From Rhodobacterales bacterium (GTDB lineage: Bacteria; Pseudomonadota; Alphaproteobacteria; Rhodobacterales; Rhodobacteraceae), in contig JANNAF010000378.1 of assembly GCA_031384005.1 (NCBI GenBank), positions 1,737 to 65,736 on the forward strand: a stretch of 64,000 nt of DNA. Direction: 5' to 3'. This document shows, piece after piece, positions 48,879-59,462 of this stretch. The translations under genes and the position numbers were made by a program. A model generated the notes under the pieces. It ran no database searches and was not told the origin of the DNA. It was given only the letters and a program-made list of their open reading frames with translations. Position 1 is the stretch's first letter; each line of letters starts with the position of its first letter.

Positions 48879-50274
48879 GATGCACCAAATCCGTGGATTT
48901 CGAGTAGTTGCCGGTGGACAGCAACAGTGCCTGAAGATCGGTCGATTGGGTATTGGTCAGGCTGACCTGAGTGTCCTTGTCGATCGCCAACATCGCGCCG
49001 AGCCCAATGGATTGACCCGGTTGCGCGTGATCCTCAAGGTAGCTGCCCTCGCCCTTGACGACCGACAAAAAGGTGGCCCCCACGCCGTGCCCGTTGATCT
49101 GCGCCGTCGATCCTGGACGCACTGTCAACATTTCCAGTTTGTATCCCGCTTCCGATACGATGTCCTCGATCCCGCCCCATGACTTGGTGGCATAGGCGTG
49201 GCTGATCACTTCGGTGCGGTTACTGGATTTCAGGGCCTCGACCACCTGTTTGACCTTTTGGGCATGGGCACGATTGGTCACCAACAAGGCGTCCTTCGTA
49301 TCAACGACGATCACGTCATCCATGCCCACCACGACCACCAACCGCCCATCCGACCGGATCAGCGAATTTGTCGTGTCCATCGCCATGACGTCGCCCGAGG
49401 TGACATTGCCATCGCCGGATTTGGCGTTGACGTCATAGACGGCGGCCCAGGCACCGATATCATCCCATTTCACCGCGATCGGAGCCAGGCAAACGGCAGG
49501 GGAGTGTTCGAACACCGCCCGCTCTGTCGGCTCGTTGCGGGCCTTGCTGAAAGCGTGCAACTCCAGCGTTGTGCCATGGGCGTCTTGCGTCGCCCCAAGC
49601 ACAGCGGCAGCCACTGCGGCATAGGTGTCAGGTTCCAGTCGTCTGAATTCAGATGCGATCGTGGCCGCGCTGAACAGGCTAATGCCGGACGCCCAATAGG
49701 ACTTGCCGCCGTCAATCAGCTGTTGGGCGACTTGCACTTCGGGCTTTTCGACAAAGCGGGCGACGTGGTGCAGGCCATAATGTAAGCCCGTCGCTCCTCC
49801 GTCGATGATGTAGCCATAACCGGTTTCCGCATAAAGCGGTTTGATGCCAAAGGTGACGATTCGACCTTCTGCGGCAGCATCGGCCATGCCCAGAACAGTT
49901 GCATTCAGATCGCCAAGGATGATGTGATCGGCGGGCAAAACCAGCAACAGCGCCTCTGGGTCACTTTGCAACACAGTCAACGCGGCGGCCAGAACGGCAG
50001 GGCCGGTGTTGCGTCCAACCGGTTCACCGATGATCTGACCACCGCATTGAATTTCGTCCAGTTGCTGATGGACAAGGTCGGTGTGGCGATGATTGGTCAC
50101 AACAATCGGGTCATGAAACTGCCGCCCGCGATGGCGCTGCACCGTGGTTTGAAAATAAGTCAGGCTGCCCTTGCCGCTGACGGGCTGAAACTGCTTTGGC
50201 TGGTCGATCCGGGACATCGGCCACAATCTCGACCCCATGCCACCACACAGAATGAGGGGATATATCTTGCGCAT
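48871..50274 (-). CDS. algA: Mannose-1-phosphate guanylyltransferase / PMI-like bifunctional protein
   Basis: ILCGGMGSRLWPMSR..PKQF, EPVGRNTGPA, FVEKP, WDDIGAW; degenerate cupin C-terminus. Confidence 0.88.
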   Translation of the reverse strand: MRKIYPLILCGGMGSRLWPMSRIDQPKQFQPVSGKGSLTYFQTTVQRHRGRQFHDPIVVTNHRHTDLVHQQLDEIQCGGQIIGEPVGRNTGPAVLAAALTVLQSDPEALLLVLPADHIILGDLNATVLGMADAAAEGRIVTFGIKPLYAETGYGYIIDGGATGLHYGLHHVARFVEKPEVQVAQQLIDGGKSYWASGISLFSAATIASEFRRLEPDTYAAVAAAVLGATQDAHGTTLELHAFSKARNEPTERAVFEHSPAVCLAPIAVKWDDIGAWAAVYDVNAKSGDGNVTSGDVMAMDTTNSLIRSDGRLVVVVGMDDVIVVDTKDALLVTNRAHAQKVKQVVEALKSSNRTEVISHAYATKSWGGIEDIVSEAGYKLEMLTVRPGSTAQINGHGVGATFLSVVKGEGSYLEDHAQPGQSIGLGAMLAIDKDTQVSLTNTQSTDLQALLLSTGNYSKSTDLVHHD

Positions 50275-50275
50275 C

Positions 50276-51328
50276 TCACAACTTTCCCGAAACTTGTTCA
50301 AACCATTGACGCACAATCGCAATCTGCTCGCCCAGCCAGCCGTCGTCCCGGATCAGACGCACCTGGACAGGTTGGCCAACCAAGGACGGAGCCAAAGTGG
50401 TTGCTGGCATCAGCAACGCGTTTTGGCCCGTGTTCGACAGGGCCGAGGCAGTGACGGTGGCGCCATCGGGCAGGGTCAGTTCAATCTGGTCACCGCGCGC
50501 CAGATCAAAGGCGAGATCGGGCGGAATGACGGCCCGCACGATCGCCACCGCATCTGGCGTGGTCAGTTGCAAGATGGGTTCGCCCGCCAGAACCGTGGAC
50601 CCTACGCGCAGGCCAAGGCTGGTCGCGGTACAGTCACACGGCATGGTCAGGCTCAGGACATCCCCGTTTGACGTGGTGATGGCCAGCGCGACTTGGCCCA
50701 TTGGTGCGGACGTGTCCAAAAAGGCGATCTGGCCGCTGGCGGTGGCACGCAAAGTCTCGCCCTGCAGGGCGACGATGCCCAACTCGGGCAGCATTTGCAC
50801 AAAGCTGCGCTGATAGATCAGCGCACCCGCCACGCCAATCAGCGCCACAGCCAGCACGGCCAGTGCAGTACCTTGCAGATATCTGCGGCCAGTGGCCGAT
50901 GTCGTGTCCTTGGCAGGCTTGGGCGGTGTGGTGCCCGCAACGCCGATAACATGGCCCAGCGACACCAGATCCCTGGCAATATACGCGTTCAGAATGTGGC
51001 GCAGTTGCGGTAGGTGCGGCCCCGACGGGTGGGTGAAATCAAGACCGATTTCGCCCTTGCCCTCGGCTAGCTCGCGTATATTTGCCAGCACCACCAGCGT
51101 TACGGAAAAGCCGTCAAAGTCAAAGACCAACCTTACGATGCGCGGCACTCCGGATGCCGATACCCCCAACAGCCCAACGACATAGGCGCTGACCAGCGAC
51201 AAGCCATGGCCCCGGAACTGTCTCCCGTCGATTATCGCCGTGAATGGCAAGTCAACTACGGCATGATCGTTGCCTTCGCTTAGCGAGGCGATCGGTGCGG
51301 TATTCAGAACGAGCGGTGCGGTTTCCAT
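50276..51328 (-). CDS. alg44: Alg44-like co-polymerase (degenerate PilZ, TM, membrane-fusion-like domain)
   Basis: LRHILNAYIARDLVSLGHVI, TM helix, TMPCDC motif; directly after alg8. Confidence 0.75.
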   Translation of the reverse strand: METAPLVLNTAPIASLSEGNDHAVVDLPFTAIIDGRQFRGHGLSLVSAYVVGLLGVSASGVPRIVRLVFDFDGFSVTLVVLANIRELAEGKGEIGLDFTHPSGPHLPQLRHILNAYIARDLVSLGHVIGVAGTTPPKPAKDTTSATGRRYLQGTALAVLAVALIGVAGALIYQRSFVQMLPELGIVALQGETLRATASGQIAFLDTSAPMGQVALAITTSNGDVLSLTMPCDCTATSLGLRVGSTVLAGEPILQLTTPDAVAIVRAVIPPDLAFDLARGDQIELTLPDGATVTASALSNTGQNALLMPATTLAPSLVGQPVQVRLIRDDGWLGEQIAIVRQWFEQVSGKL

Positions 51329-51348
51329 GAGAGATGCCTTTCCAGACG

Positions 51349-52803
51349 TCAAAGCAGGCCAGAGATGATCGTGACGCCGAGCGTGAGCCAGCCAAGGGTC
51401 AGAACATGGATGAAGGTTGATATGCGGTCAGACAGCGTGACAGCGCGCCGCGCGCCACTGGTTTGCCGGGTCCAGCGTTGCCGGTCCAACCGGAACAGGA
51501 CAAAGCTTTTGACAGCCGCGCCCACGATCTGGCCAAAGTACAAAAGGAACGGATAGCGGATCGGAAAGGCCGTGCCGCGAAACAGCGACAGCGCCAGACA
51601 AAACGCATAACGGGTGAACAGCACCCAGGCGAGATAGACCACCAGAATGCCCGGCCCGACAAAGGCAGCCGTCAGCGCAACCCCTATTGGTCCCGCCAGC
51701 GTGGTCCAGATCGTCAACCGCTGATCCAGCAGCGACCACCAGGTAAAGGCCCCAATCCGCGACACCGGCAACGCCAGCGCCCGCCCATTGGTGCGCATCA
51801 TGTTGCCATACCAGCGCACCATCAGCGTCGTGGCCGAGGCGACAAAGCCGGGCAAAGGTTGCCGCTCCATCGACAGGGTGCGGACATCTGGCAGGTACAG
51901 CATCCGATATCCGGACTTCAGCAGCCAAAACCACGTGGACTTGTCGTCGCCGGTCAGAAAGTTCACGCGGCCCAGCCGCCAATGTTCCAGATGGTCGCTG
52001 TGTACCAGGGCAATAAAGGCCGGATCGGTGGCCAGATCGGCGCGAAACACCGACATGCGCCCGGTCAGCGTCAGCACATGCCCCGCCAGCGCCATTGACG
52101 ACATCAATACGTGGCGTTGAGTAAAACGCAGGTCGAACCAGTCGGCAAAGGTCGGGGCGTCGGGGATTTCGGCCTGTTCGTCGGTGGTCAGCGCGCCAAC
52201 TGTAGTATCGCTGAACCAAGGTGCCGACTGCGCGACGATGTCGACCGGAACACAGCTGTCCCCATCGACAAAAATCACGATGTCACGCCACGACGGTGCC
52301 TGCCCCGCGATCATCCTCAGACCTTTGGCCAAGGCGTCACGCTTGCCGGTTCCGGCGATCTGATCGACAACCAGCGTCACACGTGACATGTCTGCCCGCA
52401 TCTGGGCAAAGATCGTGCTGATCAGCCGCGCGTCCGCTCCCTCGACCACCGAGGCCACGACGCTCGCCCCGCCAGTGGCATTGGCGGCTGCGGCAAAGAT
52501 CGACTGATAAACCCGCGTCGTAACCTCGGGCTCGATCTTGAAACTGGTCACCAAAAAGAAGGCATGCGGCGCCGTGGTGCGCGCATTGTACAGGGAAACA
52601 ACGCGGCGCTTCATGGCCGGAAAGGCCACGCGCTGATACCAAATGGCCCGCACAAAGTTGGTACCAGCCCACGTGTACCGCCACAGCCCCACAACCCCAA
52701 GCACGAACAGGGCGCCATGGGCATGGGCCAGCGACCCCGGCGGGATGGCCAGTGCAATCAGCGCCAGCACCGTCAGATAGAGGGTGTGACCAAGGACCTG
52801 CAT
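51349..52803 (-). CDS. alg8: Alginate polymerase, GT2 glycosyltransferase
   Basis: GTGKRDAL, VDGD, LTLTGRMS, FLTGDDKSTWFWL, LMVRWYGNMMR. Confidence 0.9.
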   Translation of the reverse strand: MQVLGHTLYLTVLALIALAIPPGSLAHAHGALFVLGVVGLWRYTWAGTNFVRAIWYQRVAFPAMKRRVVSLYNARTTAPHAFFLVTSFKIEPEVTTRVYQSIFAAAANATGGASVVASVVEGADARLISTIFAQMRADMSRVTLVVDQIAGTGKRDALAKGLRMIAGQAPSWRDIVIFVDGDSCVPVDIVAQSAPWFSDTTVGALTTDEQAEIPDAPTFADWFDLRFTQRHVLMSSMALAGHVLTLTGRMSVFRADLATDPAFIALVHSDHLEHWRLGRVNFLTGDDKSTWFWLLKSGYRMLYLPDVRTLSMERQPLPGFVASATTLMVRWYGNMMRTNGRALALPVSRIGAFTWWSLLDQRLTIWTTLAGPIGVALTAAFVGPGILVVYLAWVLFTRYAFCLALSLFRGTAFPIRYPFLLYFGQIVGAAVKSFVLFRLDRQRWTRQTSGARRAVTLSDRISTFIHVLTLGWLTLGVTIISGLL

Positions 52804-52804
52804 G

Positions 52805-54124
52805 TTACCAGCAGATGCCCTGATAGGTGCCATGCGACACGATCCCGGCCTGCAACCGCGTCAAATCGACCATCGGCTGATCCTCCATCGCGCGCGACAG
52901 GGGGCCCTTTGCCTCGGCATAGCTGTTGCCAACCAGGATGACACCTGCGTGGTCGATCAGAGCCTCGATCGTGGGCACCATGCGGTCACGCAAGTCAGGC
53001 ACCACATCATTGCCACGCCCGGCGGCATGCGCGTCCAACCCGTGGGAAATGCTGACATTGGGGTCATAGACCTGCACATCCAGCCCCTGCGCGATCAACC
53101 GTGCTGCCAGTTCGGCCAGCGGGCTTTCCCGCAGATCATCGGTGCCGGGCTTGAAGCTGATACCGACCAGACCAACCGACGTTTCGCCGGTATCCGTCAC
53201 CATTTTGGCGGCACGTTCGATCTGATCTTCGTTGGCCTGCAGGACCGCCCCCATCAGCGGGGCCGCCACATCCTTGGTGCGGGCCAATTGCCGCAGCGCG
53301 CGCACATCCTTGGGCAGGCACGATCCACCAAAGGCAAACCCCGGGCGCATGAAGTGGGACGAGATGTTGACCTTGTCATCGCTGCACAGCAGTTGCATCA
53401 CCAACTGGCCATCCAGCCCGCAGGCCTTGGCAATATTGCCGATCTCATTGGCAAAGGTCACTTTGACCGCGCGCCACGAATTCGAGGTGTATTTGACCAT
53501 TTCCGCGGTGCGCAGATCGACCTGATGCGCAATGCAGGGCATGTCGCGGTTCAAAAGGTTCAGCAGCGCAAATGTCGGCTCATCCAGCGCGCCAAAAACA
53601 ATCAGTCCTGGGTCATAGTAATCTGCAATCGCCGTGCTTTCGCGCAGGAATTCCGGGTAATAGCCCACACCGAAATCAACCCCGGCCTTCTTGCCTGACG
53701 CCGCCTCCAGCAAAGGCACGCAAACCGATTCCATGGTGCCGGGCACGATGGTTGACCTGATGATGACCGAATGGAAGGTGGCCTTTGCCGCTATGGCCCG
53801 CCCGATGATGCCACATACCTCGGACACATAGGCCAGCCCGACCGATCCGTCGCTGTTGCTGGGCGTGCCGACGCAGACATAGCTGGCGTCCGTATCGCGG
53901 ACCGCCGCATCGGCATCCAGCGTCGCGGTCAGTGAACCAGATGAAACCGCAGCATTTATCAGGGGCTCAAGTCCGTTCTCAACGATTGGAGACTGACCTG
54001 CGTTGATCATCGCCACCCGTTCGGCAACAATATCCACGGCAACAACCCGGTGCCCGTCTTTGGCCAGACACGCCGCCGAGACGACCCCGACATACCCGAT
54101 CCCGAACACTGATATACTAACCAT
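52805..54124 (-). CDS. algD: GDP-mannose 6-dehydrogenase
   Basis: GIGYVG, PEFLRESTA, PGFAFGGSCLPKD, TDDLRESP, C-terminal GICW. Confidence 0.92.
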   Translation of the reverse strand: MVSISVFGIGYVGVVSAACLAKDGHRVVAVDIVAERVAMINAGQSPIVENGLEPLINAAVSSGSLTATLDADAAVRDTDASYVCVGTPSNSDGSVGLAYVSEVCGIIGRAIAAKATFHSVIIRSTIVPGTMESVCVPLLEAASGKKAGVDFGVGYYPEFLRESTAIADYYDPGLIVFGALDEPTFALLNLLNRDMPCIAHQVDLRTAEMVKYTSNSWRAVKVTFANEIGNIAKACGLDGQLVMQLLCSDDKVNISSHFMRPGFAFGGSCLPKDVRALRQLARTKDVAAPLMGAVLQANEDQIERAAKMVTDTGETSVGLVGISFKPGTDDLRESPLAELAARLIAQGLDVQVYDPNVSISHGLDAHAAGRGNDVVPDLRDRMVPTIEALIDHAGVILVGNSYAEAKGPLSRAMEDQPMVDLTRLQAGIVSHGTYQGICW

Positions 54125-54752
54125 TTACGCCGCTCCACTCTGATTTATATGCATATTTCCCCGCATCCCTGTGGGGCAGAATCTGGTCCCTTGATGGCGC
54201 GCAAACCTCTCTTGACCACCACCAGCTATGGTGGTGCGACGCCCCGAAAGGGCATTCGCGGCAATGCGATCAAGGGGCTTGGCAGCCAGTTAACAAACCA
54301 ATGTTCATCGAGGTTAACCGTGGACCATTATGCAGGTGCAGAAACTGATCTATGTGCGGAAAGTCGGCCTTCGCCGCTCACGAAGTCGCGATATCGCCGT
54401 GAACAGGCGACTTCTTCGTATTTTGGCAATCTTTTTGACGGTCAGACCCGACATCGAACGCCGCACTGATTCGGCTTTGCCTCATGTCTGCGATACCAGG
54501 ACTTAGCGTCGTACCGCCAAAAAAAGGTGCCCAGCCGTTTGGCCTGTCGCGGCAAAACAGCCCGAAAACGCCAACCCAACAGCAGGCAAACAGACCGGCG
54601 GGGCGAAAGTCACCGGTGGAAATTTTGCTCTTGGCCCCCCCCGGCGCCACGTTCAGCGCGACTGCGGCCAACGTGAGCACATCCCAGATCAGTACGAACT
54701 GATGACAAGGCTGCCATAACCTGCGGACCGAACTTCGTCAGAGGAAATGTAC

Positions 54753-55232
54753 ATGACCAGCACCACGCACAGAATTGCAGACATTGGGCCGCAACCGCAG
54801 TCGTTCGACATTGAACGCGCAACGGTCCAGAATGAAAATTACCGTTCCGTCGCCTGGAGCGGTCGCTATTTGCAGGTGACACTGATATCGATCCCGGTAG
54901 GCGGCGACATTGGCCTAGAAGCACATCCCGAGACCGATCAGTTCCTGCGCCTGGAAGCGGGCATCGGTCGGGCACAAATGGGCGTGGCAAAGAACGACCT
55001 TACCTTTGATCAGCAAGTGTCCGACGGCTGGTGCGTTCTGGTTCCCGCAGGAGCGTGGCACAACATCACCAATACCGGGACCGAGCCGATGCAGGTCTAT
55101 GCTATATATGCCCCAGCCCATCATGCGCCCGACAAGGTACAATCGACCGAGGCAGTTGCCATGGCCGACAAGGCTGATGAGCCTGCCGCGTGGTCCGTTC
55201 AGCCAAAGCACGTGTCCGACAAGCACGGCTGA
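54753..55232 (+). CDS. Cupin domain protein
   Basis: IGLEAHPETDQFLR...VPAGAWHNITN cupin motifs. Confidence 0.85.
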   Translation: MTSTTHRIADIGPQPQSFDIERATVQNENYRSVAWSGRYLQVTLISIPVGGDIGLEAHPETDQFLRLEAGIGRAQMGVAKNDLTFDQQVSDGWCVLVPAGAWHNITNTGTEPMQVYAIYAPAHHAPDKVQSTEAVAMADKADEPAAWSVQPKHVSDKHG

Positions 55233-55522
55233 ACCGGTCGTTGGTTTGCCGCCAAAGTGCCTTGCTCTTTTGCGCGCCACCCGTTTTTTTTCACCAGTAG
55301 GATGCGCCGTGCAGAGCGGCGAACCTCCGGACGGCCATTGATCTTGCAGCGGGCCTATGTCCATGGAACGGCGTTTTCCCACCAGAACTCGGGGAAGCGA
55401 CGGCCCTAACGGATGGCCCCTGCTGTCGCGTGGTCCATCTGGGGTGCAGCCAGGCATGGACTTGCAGGTTCTGGCCTCACTTTGCCTTGTCACAATGGTC
55501 GCCTCACATCAGGAAAGCCGCG

Positions 55523-56677
55523 ATGCCCAAAACCTTTTCAGCTGCTCTGCGCCGGGCGGTCCGTCTCATGCGCCCTGCCAAAGTGAAAAAAGCAACCTTG
55601 TCGGCCCAAAAGGCAATGGCTGGCATTGTCGTCAAATTGGCCAGTGCCAAAGCCAAGCCAGTGAGGTCCAAACAGCCGACTTCCGCACTGCCCAAAGGCG
55701 GTCGATCGCTGGGCGTCGTCCTGGAACAGTTGCGCGCCGCACAGGCCTTCCTGCCTGCGGCACAGGGGTTACTGCCTGCGGCGCGGGCAGGGTCAAACAC
55801 AAGCAAGGTTTCACCCCGCATTCCGACCGGCGCGCAGTACCTTTCCCGGAATCACCGCAATGCCGCTGGATCGCGCGGATACAAGCTTTACCTGCCGATC
55901 AGCAGTGCCTCACCCAAGGGCCTGATCCTCATGTTGCATGGGTGCAACCAGACCCCAGACGACTTTGCCGTCGGCACCCATATGAACGCGCTGGCGGAAA
56001 AGCATGGGCTTGCCATCGCTTACCCGGCGCAGACGCGGCGCCACAACGCTGCATCTTGCTGGAACTGGTTCAATCCGGCCAATCAGGCGCGCGGCGCGGG
56101 CGAACCTGAAATGCTCGCGGCGATTGCACGAAAACTGATGCAAGAGTTCAGGCTCGACCGCAATTCGGTCTTTGTGGCCGGTTTGTCCGCTGGCGGTGCC
56201 ATGGCGGCGATTCTGGCAGATCTTTATCCAGATGTGTTTGCGGCAGCGGGGATTCATTCAGGCCTCGCCCGCGGCGCGGCAAGCGATGTGCTTTCGGCCA
56301 TCACAGCCATGCGGTCCGGCAGACCCTCCGGGGGCAACACACCGCAAGCCACCACGCACCCGGACCCGGTGCGCCGCATCGTTTTTCACGGTGAGGCCGA
56401 TGCCACGGCCCACAGATCCAATGCCGGTTTCATCGTCAGGGCGGCACTGGGCGACCACGCATCTCCAACCAAGGTCAGCAAACGATCCGTGTTGGGACGT
56501 GGCTACACCCGAAGTGATTTTGTGGCAGCGGACGGGTCAGGTCTGCTCGAGTTGTGGATGGTTGAAGGGGCGGGCCACGCATGGTCAGGCGGTCGGGCAA
56601 AGGGGTCTTACACGGATCCAAAGGGCCCCGACGCATCGCTGCAAATGGTTCGGTTCTTTCTGGCAAAACCCGGCTGA
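55523..56677 (+). CDS. PHB depolymerase family esterase (LpqC-like)
   Basis: MLHGCNQ, CWNWF, VAGLSAGGAM, IVFHG, GHAWSGG. Confidence 0.88.
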   Translation: MPKTFSAALRRAVRLMRPAKVKKATLSAQKAMAGIVVKLASAKAKPVRSKQPTSALPKGGRSLGVVLEQLRAAQAFLPAAQGLLPAARAGSNTSKVSPRIPTGAQYLSRNHRNAAGSRGYKLYLPISSASPKGLILMLHGCNQTPDDFAVGTHMNALAEKHGLAIAYPAQTRRHNAASCWNWFNPANQARGAGEPEMLAAIARKLMQEFRLDRNSVFVAGLSAGGAMAAILADLYPDVFAAAGIHSGLARGAASDVLSAITAMRSGRPSGGNTPQATTHPDPVRRIVFHGEADATAHRSNAGFIVRAALGDHASPTKVSKRSVLGRGYTRSDFVAADGSGLLELWMVEGAGHAWSGGRAKGSYTDPKGPDASLQMVRFFLAKPG

Positions 56678-56782
56678 TGCCTGATCTTGAAACGCCAGTT
56701 TCAAGCAGGGGTGGATTGCATTGCAAAGCAGAGCGCCACTTTTGATCACGGCGATCAACCGTTGGGTCCTGCGGCGAACAGG

Positions 56783-56797
56783 TTAAATACTGATTAA
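56783..56797 (-). promoter_or_regulatory. CtrA-box-like motif
   Basis: Minus strand TTAA-TCAGTAT-TTAAC in an AT-rich intergenic patch. Confidence 0.3.
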
Positions 56798-57075
56798 GTC
56801 AAAAAGTCAACTCTATGATTTATAACATAAAAAACTGCCGTCCGCACGTGGGACATTTTCGACATCACACTTTTTTGCGCCCGATTTCTGTTTCAGGTTT
56901 TGGCTAGAGAGGCTCGATACCACTTGCGTCAAGCCAGGTCCGCGAAGGAGGCGCGCTCTTCTGGCAAGTCCTGCCGATTACGCAGAACAAACGTAAAGCT
57001 CACCCCTTTGACAAGGTAATAGCCGCCCACGACCAGATTGCCCGAAGGTACCAGTTTTGGTTTCGTCACCATCCT

Positions 57076-58634
57076 TCAGGGTTTGAAAACGGCTTCGCGC
57101 GGCCAATAGCGCAGGACCTTTCAAGCCACCACAACGGCCCCGGCCAAGGCGGAGTCGGTCAGGGCGTACAAGGCCGGGTCGCCGTTGGCGGGATCCCTGG
57201 CGTTGCCGACCGCTTGGCGCGGGTCGATCAGCAGTTTACCGTCAAGGCCGTCGCTGACCATGATACCCAAGACCTGGCCGTGGAAATCGCCCGGCGGATT
57301 TGCACAGATCAAAGTTCAGGGCGGCGGCGATATGGCCTTGTTCCGGGGGTGTCTGGCTGATGTAGAACTGCCGGGGATGCGAGTGGTGGTCGGCAAAGCT
57401 TTCCGGCTGCAAGCGCTTCTTGTCTCCAGTGGCGGGGGCCCTGCAGCTGACATAACCCACTAACGGATCGGGGTTGGGGGTCGTCACCCCAGGCCACAGT
57501 TGACACGGTCCCGTAGGGGAGGCTGTCTGCATATGGCCGTCTTGCTGGCAATGGCTGACTGGGCAACCCTTGGGGCGTTCACCGGCATCTGGCCAAAGTT
57601 CGGGCTGCCCAGCCGTTTGACCCGCGTGTCACGACAAGAAAAATTGCGCCCCTGCAGCCGCGGATCATCGGTAAGGTCGATGCTGAGGATCACGTTGCCA
57701 GTGCAAAAGGCGACCTGCTCGGTTTCAGCAAAGAAGTTGTCAACGGCGCGGTTCAGGGTCAGGGTGGCGATGATCTTGATTGGACACTCCTCCTCGGGGA
57801 TCTGCTGTGCTGGGTCCCGCACATCGAACGCAAAGCTGTCAGCAAAGGCCTGATCGAACAACTGTACGCTCAGATCCAATTCCGGAAAATCACCCCGGTC
57901 GATTGCGGCCCACATGTTGCGGCGGTGGCGGTCCGGGGTGGCGCTGTTGCTTTTGACCGCCTCGTCCCAAACCAGCGAATGTTGGCCCATCTTCGGAGTC
58001 CAGTGGCGTTGGACAAAGATCCTGTCGCCCTTGGCACTGACAAAGCGGAAGGTGCAGGCGCCAAACCCCCTCATCGTGGCGAGAGGTCGCGGTAAGGCGC
58101 GGTCGGACATCGCGCAAGGGATCGTGTGGAATGCCTCGGGGGGTCAGCGAGATGAAACTCCAAAAGTTGTCGTGCGGCGAGGTGGCCCGTGGAAAGTCGC
58201 GGTTTGTGGCGGGTTTGACGGTATGGATCAGGCCGGGAAACTTGATTGCATCCTGAATGAAAAAGACCGGGGCATTGTTGCCCACCAGACCCCAGTTGCC
58301 TGATCGCTGTAGAACTTGACAACAAAGCCCCGGATGTCGCGGGCGAGCCCTTGGAACCTGCAACCGTCGAAAACCGCACGAAAACTGGGGTGACCTTGCC
58401 CTTGTCGGCAAAGGGCACCGCTCTGGTGACGTCTGACATGGGCGTTGTCCAGGCGAAGGTGCCCTGCGCGCCGTAGCCTCTTGCATGCACGACCCGCTCG
58501 GGAATGCGCTTGTGGTCGAAGTGGAAAATCTTGTGGTGCAAAGCGAAATCTTCCAGCCGGGTTGGCCCCGGCGCAACGGCCTTCAACGAATTTTGGTCAG
58601 CGTTGATCACCATGCCCTGTGGGGGTTCAGACAT
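57076..58634 (-). pseudogene. katE: Large-subunit catalase (KatE/HPII) pseudogene
   Basis: [82 protein letters not shown] spread over several frames. Confidence 0.9.
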
Positions 58635-59337
58635 TCCGCGCCAAGGGCAGCGTTTTGGTGAGTCTCTCTGTCGGCACCTCGGGTGAAGATCGGATCGTGC
58701 AAATCGGCGGATTGGACGGCCAAAGATGGCTGGGGCGGCTTGATGGGTTATCCTATTGACGCCAGGTTGCGACGAGGAGCGGTGGCAGGGGATGGTTTAT
58801 GGACTTGATGCGAACGGGCAGTACGTCAGAATTGTCGAGGATTAACGGCGGAACCATTGTGCGGGCCATGACGAGCGGCAGCATGGCAATCGCGGCCACC
58901 CCGACGGCGCTCAGGCACTGATCCGAAGCAGCCCCGACCGGCATGATCGGGCGCAATTCGATCAAATAGTTTCACCGCATGATGCCCGTTCACGTCCGGA
59001 AGATATAAAGCACAAAGGTCCAAAAACAGTCCATTCGCATGAAAACTTGCTGCTTGCGTTGATTTGTCGCCTGCAGACCTGTCTTGGCTTGAGGCCGCCT
59101 TCAACCGTCGCCACAAGTATCCGGCTTGGCAGGGTTTGATCAAACAGGGCGAGAAAAGTCAAAGTGCTTTTATTCCGTCGTAAAGCGGGGCTTGTTCCTA
59201 TGTGACCCTGCCCAACGGTGCGAGGCAGATCGTGGCCTTCGCAGTCTTTGACCGGGGTTATCTGCATCGGCCTTTTCCCAAGTATGTGCCGCAACAAGCC
59301 AATCTTCGCCTTTCGCAAACGAAGGTCCGATAGGCCG

Positions 59338-59362
59338 GGAACCCAATAAGTTATGGGGCGTT
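59338..59362 (+). promoter_or_regulatory. EcfG-type promoter of yciF
   Basis: GGAAC-N16-CGTT. Confidence 0.75.
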
Positions 59363-59462
59363 TTCCTTTTGACAGACCCGTCAAGCACGGCTTCACGACG
59401 AAATTCCGATCCCGTCGCGGTTCACCTGTTTCAACTCAAATTGCTCAACACAGGATAAACAC

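Noticed and set aside
54289-54320. CtrA box upstream of algD (two GTTAAC)
   Set aside because: Spacing is far from TTAA-N7-TTAA; no EcfG motif was found upstream of algD either
56815-56850. dif/Xer site (TTATGTTATAA on the minus strand)
   Set aside because: The XerC arm does not match; likely AT-rich chance
58753-59143. Degenerate NarL-type receiver-domain relic
   Set aside because: Only a faint resemblance (LYLPDVNG...PVG) across two frames; not supportable without BLASTx
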